Below, piece after piece: positions 27,458-36,865 of a DNA stretch of 64,000 nt (the stretch's first letter is position 1; every line of letters starts with the position of its first letter). The stretch comes from a virus (lineage: Duplodnaviria; Heunggongvirae; Uroviricota; Caudoviricetes). The notes under the pieces are model-generated. The model was not told the origin of the DNA. It did no database searches and saw only the letters and a list, made by a program, of their open reading frames with translations. Location of the stretch: the IMG/VR virus record IMGVR_UViG_3300042901_002340. One strand, written 5' to 3'. The position numbers and the translations under genes are program-made.

Positions 27458-28005
27458 TACTTTGCTTCCAGAACTATATCAAGATAGTTACATTTGAAAC
27501 CAAGTGTAAATGGGGTAAATTGATTTGTGTTTGATGCATAACTTAATTGTAACTCGGAATATGATGTTAATATTACTTCCTTAAATGTTACAGAAGTTAC
27601 TATATTACCTTCATTGTCCATTATTCTTAGGGGCAAATCAGGTAATCTTAACTGATCATTTTTAAAATTAAGAAAATTCAATATTGTATCCAGCATAATA
27701 AAATAGTTTATGAAACCATCAACATTTTTAAATCCAATACTAAAATCATGAGAAAATAAATCCTGGACGTTAGTTGAGCTTTTATATGATATCTTTTTTC
27801 CAAGATTTCTGATCTGCTCTACTGAGTCTATAGTCATATTAGGAAATCCTATCGTTTGTATAGTACTATTCATATAGTCATTTATATTATCAAACGGTAT
27901 TGGTTGTTTCTTAATATATGGTAAATATTTATCCACTACCTTAGGAGGAAAAAATCCTCTAGGAAAAACAAAATAAAAACTATTACCTTTTGGGTTTAAT
28001 AACAT
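27457..28005 (-). CDS. tail tube-family protein (T4 gp3/gp19-like tail completion)
   Basis: IQTIGFPNM..., FSIGF..VDGFINY, LRIMDNEG..VTF...TSYSELQLSY...FTLGF pattern; 182 aa. Confidence 0.55.
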   Translation of the reverse strand: MLLNPKGNSFYFVFPRGFFPPKVVDKYLPYIKKQPIPFDNINDYMNSTIQTIGFPNMTIDSVEQIRNLGKKISYKSSTNVQDLFSHDFSIGFKNVDGFINYFIMLDTILNFLNFKNDQLRLPDLPLRIMDNEGNIVTSVTFKEVILTSYSELQLSYASNTNQFTPFTLGFKCNYLDIVLEAK

Positions 28006-28020
28006 AACAAATTATTTGAT

Positions 28021-30369
28021 TTAGAGTCCTAGTAAGTTAAGGTTTCCGAAAGAACCTCCCCTTAATTTTCTAATTGTTGCAGGTGCTAATATTCCCTTAC
28101 CTGCTTTAATTACATCATCCTTAGTGATGTTAGGATACTTAATTCTTCCAGGTTTACCAGGTCTAAGGAAATAACTAACAATAGTTCTATCTGCCCATCC
28201 AATAGCTTTATAACCTCTCATTTCTGCACTTATAGCAGCTATTTTAGCAGAACCTAATAATACCTGATTTGTTGAAGCAACTGCAGGGGTTTGTACACCA
28301 ACGGTTCCAGAAGCTCCAGGAGAAGCAGGAAGTATCGATTTTATAGACGGACTAGGTGCATTAACCTGCTCGGTTATTGGTGCTCCTGTTGATCCAGTAG
28401 ATCCAGCAGAAACAGGGACACTTGTTGATCCGGTAACTCCAGTAGAAAAATCTTCCTCACCATTCTTTTTCCAGTATCCCCAATACATAACAGAATTTGA
28501 GTTATTAACGGGGGTTAGTATATTATTATTAGCAGCGGTATTAGTGAAATTATTTGCTCCACTTATTGCATTACTTGCATCTCTTCTATCAGAAATTACA
28601 GACTCTATAGATTTCTCCAAAACGTTATTGGTTGTACCTGCATTAACCGTAATTGTACTTTTATCAGCAGCAGAAAGAGTGGTTTGATTTATAGAAACAC
28701 CATTAGTTATAAAGAATCTTCTATCGTTTATCTGTAGAATTCTAGTAGCTGCGGATTCATCAATCTTGAATGCAATTTCACCTAATGCTGGATTTGCTAT
28801 CGTGTTATCTTTAAGTGAAGGAATCTGTATTTTACCACCACTAAGATCTATAAAAGATATATTAAATTCACCGGAACTTGTGAGATCCACTGAGACAGGG
28901 TCATCTGATGGACCGCTCTTAATGAATTTGAACTTTAAATAAGTATCAAAGGGAGAAATAGCTATGGTTAATTTTCCGCTCCCCATCGCAATAGTTGTCG
29001 ATGCACCAGTATCTATTCTTAATGAATTATTACTAAAGTTAAGACTGTTCACCGAAGCAGTAACATAATTCTGATTTATAAAAACATTCGTATATTTCAC
29101 TATTTCCCTTGGTGTAGGATTATTGCTACTCATGTTTATTGTTGGTTGTGAATATATTCTGTTGTATATCTTCTGAACCTGCGGAAAATTACTTAGTTGT
29201 ATTGGTTTTATCTTTAAGCCCCATTCTGCTGGGCTAGATGATGTATATGAGGATATCCTTATCGTTCTACTCTGATCCACACTATTTATTAGCGTCATTG
29301 TGTATCTAAGGGTAAAACTAGCAGCAACAGATGCATTTCTAACTATGGGTCTGTAATAATTTGGTGAGTCATAAGCTGTTGTCTGAATAGAATCAAAATG
29401 AGATGTTCTTATTAGTGATGCACCAATCTGCTCAAGAATCTCTATTTGGTGACCGATATAATACGAATTACCAAGGGAGTTTTGGAATAATATAAAATCC
29501 TCAATAAACCCCTCATTATCAGTTGCATAGAATTCAAAAAATTCCCCCCTATCGGAAGGTCTTATTGTTGCACCTATATTAGCAAACTGATCCTCCTGTT
29601 CTAGTGAAAGTGTAGCTATCTTGGATGATTCATATCTAGCATACCCAGCATAATCAACTGTGCTTTGAACCTGCCAAGCAGATATTCTAATTGGTGAATT
29701 ATAGATGAACCCAAACCCACTATGACTTATAAGTCCAGCTAGAGTCTGTGGCTTAAATACTGAGGATGAAGCTTGATATTTATTATTCATATCCCTAAGA
29801 TTAGGAATCTTTATCTCTATGTACTTATCATAAATATTTGAACCTATGGTAACAGGACTAGGATTAAGATTATAATCATCGCTTGTTCCTTTCTTTATAA
29901 GAATTTGAGAAACAGTTACTGGAGTATTATCGACATCAGCATATTCTATCGACATTATAAGACCATCAATATTTCCAAGATTATAACCTGCTCTTATGTG
30001 ATATCTAACAGTATCATAAACAACCAAAAGATTGGATGGGAAATCTATGGGCAAATTGACAGTATTTGTTAATTCGTCTGTATAATCATTAAAAGGTATA
30101 ATGAGATTAGAATCAAGAGTAACAAAAGAGTTTTCGCTTATTCTAACGACACTGTTCTGTGTGGTATTATGAGTTATGAAATAATCCCCATTAGGGTTGA
30201 ATATTTGAACCTCACCAGATCTAAATCCATTTATAAGTTTATCGTAACCAACCGTTGATGGACCGGTATTAACAAAATATGTTTCCGGTTGTGGTTGATC
30301 CGCATACATGTATTCCATAAGTAAATATGGAGTTATCTGAACGAACTTAGAAGATGTGCTAAATGCCAT
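28021..30369 (-). CDS. putative virion structural protein
   Basis: 782 aa, beta-rich and S/T/N-rich, within the structural block. Confidence 0.55.
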   Translation of the reverse strand: MAFSTSSKFVQITPYLLMEYMYADQPQPETYFVNTGPSTVGYDKLINGFRSGEVQIFNPNGDYFITHNTTQNSVVRISENSFVTLDSNLIIPFNDYTDELTNTVNLPIDFPSNLLVVYDTVRYHIRAGYNLGNIDGLIMSIEYADVDNTPVTVSQILIKKGTSDDYNLNPSPVTIGSNIYDKYIEIKIPNLRDMNNKYQASSSVFKPQTLAGLISHSGFGFIYNSPIRISAWQVQSTVDYAGYARYESSKIATLSLEQEDQFANIGATIRPSDRGEFFEFYATDNEGFIEDFILFQNSLGNSYYIGHQIEILEQIGASLIRTSHFDSIQTTAYDSPNYYRPIVRNASVAASFTLRYTMTLINSVDQSRTIRISSYTSSSPAEWGLKIKPIQLSNFPQVQKIYNRIYSQPTINMSSNNPTPREIVKYTNVFINQNYVTASVNSLNFSNNSLRIDTGASTTIAMGSGKLTIAISPFDTYLKFKFIKSGPSDDPVSVDLTSSGEFNISFIDLSGGKIQIPSLKDNTIANPALGEIAFKIDESAATRILQINDRRFFITNGVSINQTTLSAADKSTITVNAGTTNNVLEKSIESVISDRRDASNAISGANNFTNTAANNNILTPVNNSNSVMYWGYWKKNGEEDFSTGVTGSTSVPVSAGSTGSTGAPITEQVNAPSPSIKSILPASPGASGTVGVQTPAVASTNQVLLGSAKIAAISAEMRGYKAIGWADRTIVSYFLRPGKPGRIKYPNITKDDVIKAGKGILAPATIRKLRGGSFGNLNLLGL

Positions 30370-30393
30370 TTTTGTTTTATACTTTTTTACGAA

Positions 30394-30906
30394 TTAGTTA
30401 ATAACACCAACAGATGTCAGAATAAGACCAATTATAGCTAATGAACCAAGACCTCCACCAATAATCATCTTGGTTTTCAATTTTCCTAATTGCTTATCCT
30501 TCTCGTCTATTACATCTTGTCTATTAGCCAATTGTTTTTCGAGAATGCTATTTCTTTTCATCCACCCAAGTATTTCACCCTGAAGGGACTCTATTTTTTC
30601 ATCCTTAACTAATAATTGACCCTCTTGTTTACTCACGGTTAAATTCAATTTAGCAATTACGACGTCCTTTTCCGATATAACCTTAACACACAAGTTCTCG
30701 TATTCCTTCATCTTTATATCCTGAGCTTCGAATTTCTCCAATAGATCGGAATTATTATTAAGCTTCATTGCCTGTGGTATAGTCATCACTATAACTTTCT
30801 TCCCAAGAGAATCAGTCTCAAATCTAGGGTACTTAATTTCAGGGGTTACTTGGGAAAACACACTAGTCAAAACTAGGGTCATCAAAATTGTAAAAAAACT
30901 TCTCAT
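30394..30906 (-). CDS. secreted coiled-coil protein with C-terminal hydrophobic helix (spanin-like candidate)
   Basis: Signal peptide MRSFFTILMTLVLTSVFS|Q, coiled coil, C-terminal MIIGGGLGSLAIIGLILTSVGVIN. Confidence 0.5.
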   Translation of the reverse strand: MRSFFTILMTLVLTSVFSQVTPEIKYPRFETDSLGKKVIVMTIPQAMKLNNNSDLLEKFEAQDIKMKEYENLCVKVISEKDVVIAKLNLTVSKQEGQLLVKDEKIESLQGEILGWMKRNSILEKQLANRQDVIDEKDKQLGKLKTKMIIGGGLGSLAIIGLILTSVGVIN

Positions 30907-30913
30907 TTTTATT

Positions 30914-31372
30914 TTAATTCATTTTTTTAATTAGAGCCTCTAAAAGCTCATTGTCACTCAAACTTGGTGGATTTTTCTTAAGATACTCTATCTCCCTTCT
31001 ATTCTCCGAAATTCCGGATTGAAGTTTATCCAAATCATGTTTGGATTTTTTAGCTTTATCCTCAGCTGCTTTGGTAGCAGACTTTAGTCTAGATACCTCA
31101 AGCTCTAGCTGTTTATCCCTCTTGTCGGCATCCTCGTATTTACTTTTCCAATCAGCAATCTCTGAATCAGCGGCAACTTTATCTTTTTCAAGCTTTTTAA
31201 ATTCTGTTTCCAGTTGTTTAATTTTCTCCTTCGAAACGTCGCTTCCGCCGAAAAACCACATAGAACCAAATACCATACTCATAAGAAGGAGTATGATTAT
31301 CAGGATGGTTTTAAGGTCAAATTTATCAGCGAATTTAAACTGCAGGTTAGTCGATTTTTCAGGTGTTTCCAT
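30914..31372 (-). CDS. membrane-anchored coiled-coil protein (i-spanin-like candidate)
   Basis: N-terminal TM ILIIILLLMSMVFGSMWFF followed by ~110 aa coiled coil. Confidence 0.55.
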   Translation of the reverse strand: METPEKSTNLQFKFADKFDLKTILIIILLLMSMVFGSMWFFGGSDVSKEKIKQLETEFKKLEKDKVAADSEIADWKSKYEDADKRDKQLELEVSRLKSATKAAEDKAKKSKHDLDKLQSGISENRREIEYLKKNPPSLSDNELLEALIKKMN

Positions 31373-31619
31373 CTATAGTCTCTTTTTTCCAGGTTAGCGT
31401 AAGTGGATCTAAAGTCCCGTTACCATATTTTTGCGTTAAGTCTTTTATGAAATCTTTCTCAGAGTTTCTACATTTCTCCAATTCATTAATTAATTTACCC
31501 GATTTTTCATTCATTAATCTCATCGTGTCTTCTATTTTGAAGATGTCCTGATGAACCTTTATGAATTTTTTAGATAATCTTAATAATCTCTCTTTTTCCT
31601 GATCTGTTAGGTCTTTCAT
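31359..31619 (-). CDS. hypothetical coiled-coil protein
   Basis: 86 aa, ending LTQKYGNGTLDPLT. Confidence 0.6.
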   Translation of the reverse strand: MKDLTDQEKERLLRLSKKFIKVHQDIFKIEDTMRLMNEKSGKLINELEKCRNSEKDFIKDLTQKYGNGTLDPLTLTWKKETIDGNT

Positions 31620-31634
31620 AGTTTATATTTTTAT

Positions 31635-31642
31635 TATATATC
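31635..31642 (-). promoter_or_regulatory. GATATATA putative late promoter
   Basis: Motif about 16 nt upstream of 31619. Confidence 0.65.
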
Positions 31643-31662
31643 AAAAATTTTATTCGATGACA

Positions 31663-34600
31663 TTAACCTTGGATATCGCTATTAACTAATCCACTATTTT
31701 CTGATACGGTAGAACAATCTATCAGATAACTAAATCCTGAAGCTACTACAACAGGCGTAGGGTTAGCGAAGTTATTCGATGTTACATTAGCTCCATATAG
31801 AGTCTGAGCAAACGCAACTACTTCCTGCCCAGTGGAAAGTGAGGTTCTTATTATTCTCAACTCAGCAGAAGCACCAACGAAAACTCCGCTATTACCGCCC
31901 GATGAAACTGAAGCAAATATTCTATCACCCACCGAATAAGGCAAGGTTCCACTTCCTGAGGTTGTTCTATCAATAAGTCGATTTGTAGTTCCTGTCCCAT
32001 TTTTGAATATACTACAAGATCCAGTTTGATCTTTTCCAAACTGCCAAGTAACGGTCGGACTCTGACCTGCAGTTATTGTAGGTAGGATTGAAGCAGTAGG
32101 AAGTCCGTTAGCGCCAAAGTCAACATAACCACCATATCCATCACAGGTTTTATAGAAAAGCCTTGGGCTTCCAATATTTGCAGTGCTTGTTTTAGAAACC
32201 CACATAAGATCCACATACTGACAACCAGTTGCTCCAGTTGAGGTATTAGTAATAGTTCCACCAGAAGAAAGGATCTCGCCGGTTGAGAAATTAATATAGG
32301 AGGTCACTGCTGTCGGCAGTCCTGTATCAAAAACAAGTCCTCTTATATAGCGAAGTTTTGGGTTATCTGAGCGATCATTGAGAAACACCCTGTAGTTTGT
32401 TGTTGTACCGTCAGTATAAACTGGAATATAATCACGTGATAATGATGATGGAACTTTTAGATAAACAGCTCCAGCTGACAGTGGGTCAGGAAATACGGAA
32501 TTTAAAAATCCACCAACATAAGTAATGGTATAGTTACTTGATATGTTAAATCCATATATTTTTTTAACAAGACCAACGGAGTATTTATATGATGGTACAA
32601 TTGTCTCTGGCCCGATTATATTATGGTATATCGAAGCAGTAGAATCTATACTTCCGTCCGTATTAAGTCTTATAATACCTGGACAGGTGATTCCCTTATA
32701 TCTACTAAACCTTCCACCAACATACACCTTATTTGCAAAACCAGGAGGAGTAATTGGGCTATAAATATCATAAACTGTATCATTAAATCCATTAGCATCT
32801 CTAAAATTGGTATTAGCAAATGGCGATAACTGATGTCCTCCACTCGAAGTATTATCATAAAAAGTAACAATCCTTCTAAAAAAGCCACCATTTATCTCAA
32901 TAAAATTACCGCCAGCCCAATAACTGCCTGTGGCAAAATTAAATCCTACTGTCATGAAAGCAAATTCAGCTAGGCTTGTGAGGGAATACGTAACGGTGGA
33001 AAATCCAATTGTAGTAATCTTAAGTCCTGTAGTTGAATCTATCTCTATCATGTGTTTGATTGGGAAATCTGTAGCACCTGTGGTATTCCTATATGCCGTG
33101 AAAGTACCTCCAACCATCAAATCACCAGTATTTCCGAAACACAAACAATATGGTTGATGATTGGGTCCAACAAAACCCGGTCCATTAGCGGTAGGGGTTA
33201 ATGACGGGAATGTACTTACACATTTACCTATATTACTTCCTCTCGCATGAATTTTTATAATTTTATTTCTAATTCTTGTAGTACTAGGCATCTCTTCATA
33301 TGTGGTAAAGGTACCAACAGCATATATAGAACTATCATCATCATATATAGCATTAAATACCGTTGAATTCGCAGAAAATCCAGACCTTTGATTAGCGCTA
33401 AAATTAAAGTCTTCCGTACCAAATAGTGAATCCAGACAAACGATTCCATATCGATTTAATCCGGGTGAAGTAATCACACTTCTCCATGCAAAGTTTCCAT
33501 ATACAAAAATTCTATCATTGTTACCATCATAAAGTATACCATTAACAGAGTTGACGTAACGCACATTCAATTGTGCAAGGTATCCTCTGAATTCCAAATC
33601 CATCTCTCCCGTTTGGTTAACCTTACATATACCTAGATTAGCCGTTGGATTTATCCCGACAGGAACACCATTATAATATTTAAAATTACCAACGAATATC
33701 ATACTTCCATCGTTTGTTTGTACCGCGCCATTTACAACAGCATTAAAACGATCATTACCCGTTAGAGAATTTGAAAATCCACTACCAAATATATTTAACG
33801 CTGATAAATAATCAAGACTCATATCAACAGCACCAACTTTATAACTACCTATAGTATCATCAGAAGCGCTACTATAAGCGGTTGGTGTTGCAATTATCAT
33901 ATCATTCTCCCAAACCGTATTTGAGGAAATATCAAAAACATCCCTTAGAGTTTCGGGTGCAAGAGATGTTCTATATTTTCTGGCGCTCAGACTCGTTGTT
34001 GGTTGTCTTACCTCATTTACTTTTCTAACGTGATAAGAAAAAGGTCCACCAGTTCCGCCTGTAAATCCTCCACTTGTACCAAAAACTGTCTGAGCCATAT
34101 TTCCACTGGAAACAGATCCCGACGGCTTTCCATATAAAACTGGATTTCCTGTATAATCATTAAATTCAAATGTTCTTATTGCATTAGAGGTTGTTCTAAT
34201 TGATATTCCATTCTCGTATGAGGGTGAGGTAGGATTTGAAGTCAATATGTACGTTGATGTTAGAGGGGAAGTTATGGTTACACCTCCCGTGTGATTAAAT
34301 GAACTACCATTTATCCGAAGATTCCCTGTTGCTACATCCAGAATACCGCCAACTCCAATACTTACATTACTAGAAAATACAAAATCTCCATTTCCATAAA
34401 TTCTAAAATCCCCCTGATTGTTTCTAAATGTGCAATAATCCGATGAAATAATAGTTCTAGCAAGACCACTATCTATTAGAAAATCATCATTGGCTGTTAT
34501 ATAGAATGATCCACCACTATCGAATTTTAATCCTGGATTATTACCAGTTGAATTCCAATAGAATGATGGGACATCACCAGAAATTGCTCCATTTTTGGAA

Positions 34601-35142
34601 AATGCCATCACTGGTCTATCAACCTGATCCAACGTTGAAACCAAAACCTTGGAATTATTAGGATTTGATTGTGAAGGGATAAGATCAATATCATTTATCA
34701 GAAGTGAAGTATTAGATGCACCTGTTATACCACCAGGATTCTTGAATCCTATGACGGACTTGTCATTTATACCACCAGGTCCCAGTATATTTGAATAGGA
34801 TTGGAAATATCTGGAATTTAAAAAAGAATAACCAGTATTAACCCAATTTAAGCCATCATAAATTTTTATATCACCATCACTTACCGAGTTATCTATCCAA
34901 ACATCATTTATAAATCTGATTGGTTCGGTTGGTTGTTTATACCACTGGGAAGCTCTGGATCCAGTATTACCCATTGCTCCTCTTTTACCTGCAGGTCCAT
35001 ATATGCCAGTTGCACCTCTAGGACCAGGATGTCCATCAGGTCCTATCGCAAAAGATAGAATCTGATCAAAATTATAATTGATTTTTCCTATTATCTCCTT
35101 CTCGGTGTCACCCTTAAATATGTATTTAGTATTAAAATGCAT
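31663..35142 (-). CDS. tail fibre/receptor-binding protein: collagen-like segment + delta-60-like beta-propeller insert
   Basis: GD..KINYNF N-terminus, Gly-X-Y run, repeats such as FNDTVYDI..KVYVGGRFSRYKG..IIRLNTDGSID. Confidence 0.7.
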   Translation of the reverse strand: MHFNTKYIFKGDTEKEIIGKINYNFDQILSFAIGPDGHPGPRGATGIYGPAGKRGAMGNTGSRASQWYKQPTEPIRFINDVWIDNSVSDGDIKIYDGLNWVNTGYSFLNSRYFQSYSNILGPGGINDKSVIGFKNPGGITGASNTSLLINDIDLIPSQSNPNNSKVLVSTLDQVDRPVMAFSKNGAISGDVPSFYWNSTGNNPGLKFDSGGSFYITANDDFLIDSGLARTIISSDYCTFRNNQGDFRIYGNGDFVFSSNVSIGVGGILDVATGNLRINGSSFNHTGGVTITSPLTSTYILTSNPTSPSYENGISIRTTSNAIRTFEFNDYTGNPVLYGKPSGSVSSGNMAQTVFGTSGGFTGGTGGPFSYHVRKVNEVRQPTTSLSARKYRTSLAPETLRDVFDISSNTVWENDMIIATPTAYSSASDDTIGSYKVGAVDMSLDYLSALNIFGSGFSNSLTGNDRFNAVVNGAVQTNDGSMIFVGNFKYYNGVPVGINPTANLGICKVNQTGEMDLEFRGYLAQLNVRYVNSVNGILYDGNNDRIFVYGNFAWRSVITSPGLNRYGIVCLDSLFGTEDFNFSANQRSGFSANSTVFNAIYDDDSSIYAVGTFTTYEEMPSTTRIRNKIIKIHARGSNIGKCVSTFPSLTPTANGPGFVGPNHQPYCLCFGNTGDLMVGGTFTAYRNTTGATDFPIKHMIEIDSTTGLKITTIGFSTVTYSLTSLAEFAFMTVGFNFATGSYWAGGNFIEINGGFFRRIVTFYDNTSSGGHQLSPFANTNFRDANGFNDTVYDIYSPITPPGFANKVYVGGRFSRYKGITCPGIIRLNTDGSIDSTASIYHNIIGPETIVPSYKYSVGLVKKIYGFNISSNYTITYVGGFLNSVFPDPLSAGAVYLKVPSSLSRDYIPVYTDGTTTNYRVFLNDRSDNPKLRYIRGLVFDTGLPTAVTSYINFSTGEILSSGGTITNTSTGATGCQYVDLMWVSKTSTANIGSPRLFYKTCDGYGGYVDFGANGLPTASILPTITAGQSPTVTWQFGKDQTGSCSIFKNGTGTTNRLIDRTTSGSGTLPYSVGDRIFASVSSGGNSGVFVGASAELRIIRTSLSTGQEVVAFAQTLYGANVTSNNFANPTPVVVASGFSYLIDCSTVSENSGLVNSDIQG

Positions 35143-35150
35143 CTTTTTTA

Positions 35151-36833
35151 TTAATTTGCTATTGAATTATAAGTTGATATAACCCCACATTGTGGTGCGT
35201 TTAAAGTTCCTCCCCATGCTGAATAATAAACTCTGAACCATCTATTAGCAATAGACGTACCTCCAGATCCGGTCATATTTATTAAGGTTATATCAATATT
35301 TGCTGCATACCCATTTAATATCACTTCAGATTGATATCCTAGTGTTGAAGGAGGGGTTTGTTCCAGGTAATCAGTATTTAAGCCTATATATTTAAAGCAA
35401 CTTCCCGTTGCTCCTGGATTATCACTTCTAACAGTAAAACTTATAGCCTCGTAATTATCCAAAATATTTAACCATCCACCATTTTCACCACCAAGATAAC
35501 CACCGGTAGATGGGGTGAATATGGATATTCCTCTATTTCCAGGGGATGCAGACGGGGATTTTCCTATTATATAATCAGCACCATTATTAACATAAAAGCA
35601 TCCATTAATAAATCCGGTCGATGTTATGGATGGCACAATTGAAACCCAATTAACTGTACCTACTGATGTTGAACTACTTCCACTCTGTGTTAATTGTTGA
35701 GGTACCTGAACTGGTTTAACAATCTTATCCATATATGTTACACCATCACCGGTAACAGTAAATAGCTGATAATATGGTGAGTTTTGATATACATTCATAA
35801 GAACCGTATCTCTGACACCGGGTGAATTGTAGACATATCTAAGATTACCAGAATTTGTATCGCTCGAGATCAAATCCAAAGCATATCGACTCTCCGATGA
35901 TCTTGTTGTTACGTTTAATGAGGTATTTAGATAAAATCTATTAACATTCCATGCTACGTTTCTGGTTGAAAATAGGGCTTTACCTGTTCCAAGATCAAAA
36001 ATTATATTTTCCTTGGAGGTAAAACTTACCACATTTGGGGATGATGAAAGATAATTGAAACCAATCGAATTTATTAAGAATCTACCGGTGTTAGATTTTA
36101 TAGAGAAATATCCATTTGATGTCCCGGTTCCTCTTAGATTTATGTTAAGATAATCATTCTTCCATAATAAACCATAGGGTCCTCTTTCCGCGGTTGGTCC
36201 AGGATTCCAAAGAATTCTAGGAGTTCTTGCAGTGAAATTCGCATCACCTGCATAATCACCCTTGCTAAACTCCAGAAGATTCTTAGATGTATTGAGACTG
36301 TCTGTCGCAATTACGAATTTGGAATACTGAGGATTTGCATAGGAATTTTCCGAACCTGGTGAACCACTGGATAGATCAGTATCACTTATAACAACAGTAC
36401 AGCTAATTGGTGTTTGTGATGATATAAAATACCCCTTAAACGCACTTATTCCGTTTAAAGTTGATAATGGACCAAAAACGTCAAACAAGTCGGTTGATTT
36501 TATATTAAATCCGTAGTAATTCCACCCGGAATTTGATGAAAATTGATAAACAAGATTTTCGTCATTTACATCAAGCCAATAGTCTCCATCTATGGAAGAT
36601 GATATTGATGGCTGGCAAACACCAACGGTCCATATGGTTCCTCTGATACCCGAATTGCCATATGACCCAACCGGTCCAGGTGGTCCTTTTGGTCCAGGTG
36701 GTCCTTTTGGTCCAACCCTACCATATGGACCTCCACCAAAGGAAACCAATCTTTCAAAGTTGTAATTTAGCTTATCAGTTAGATTTTTTTGAGAATCACC
36801 GTCCTCTATTCTTAATAGTTTTATGAGAGCCAT
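35151..36833 (-). CDS. tail fibre-like protein with collagen-like segment (paralog)
   Basis: GDSQ..KLNYNF, GPKGPPGPKGPPGPVG, RGTIW, GDYW. Confidence 0.7.
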   Translation of the reverse strand: MALIKLLRIEDGDSQKNLTDKLNYNFERLVSFGGGPYGRVGPKGPPGPKGPPGPVGSYGNSGIRGTIWTVGVCQPSISSSIDGDYWLDVNDENLVYQFSSNSGWNYYGFNIKSTDLFDVFGPLSTLNGISAFKGYFISSQTPISCTVVISDTDLSSGSPGSENSYANPQYSKFVIATDSLNTSKNLLEFSKGDYAGDANFTARTPRILWNPGPTAERGPYGLLWKNDYLNINLRGTGTSNGYFSIKSNTGRFLINSIGFNYLSSSPNVVSFTSKENIIFDLGTGKALFSTRNVAWNVNRFYLNTSLNVTTRSSESRYALDLISSDTNSGNLRYVYNSPGVRDTVLMNVYQNSPYYQLFTVTGDGVTYMDKIVKPVQVPQQLTQSGSSSTSVGTVNWVSIVPSITSTGFINGCFYVNNGADYIIGKSPSASPGNRGISIFTPSTGGYLGGENGGWLNILDNYEAISFTVRSDNPGATGSCFKYIGLNTDYLEQTPPSTLGYQSEVILNGYAANIDITLINMTGSGGTSIANRWFRVYYSAWGGTLNAPQCGVISTYNSIAN

Positions 36834-36857
36834 CTATACAGTTTAATTATCTTAGAC

Positions 36858-36865
36858 TATATATC
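36858..36865 (-). promoter_or_regulatory. GATATATA putative late promoter
   Basis: Overlaps the TGA of 36864..38462, 25 nt upstream of 36833. Confidence 0.6.
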
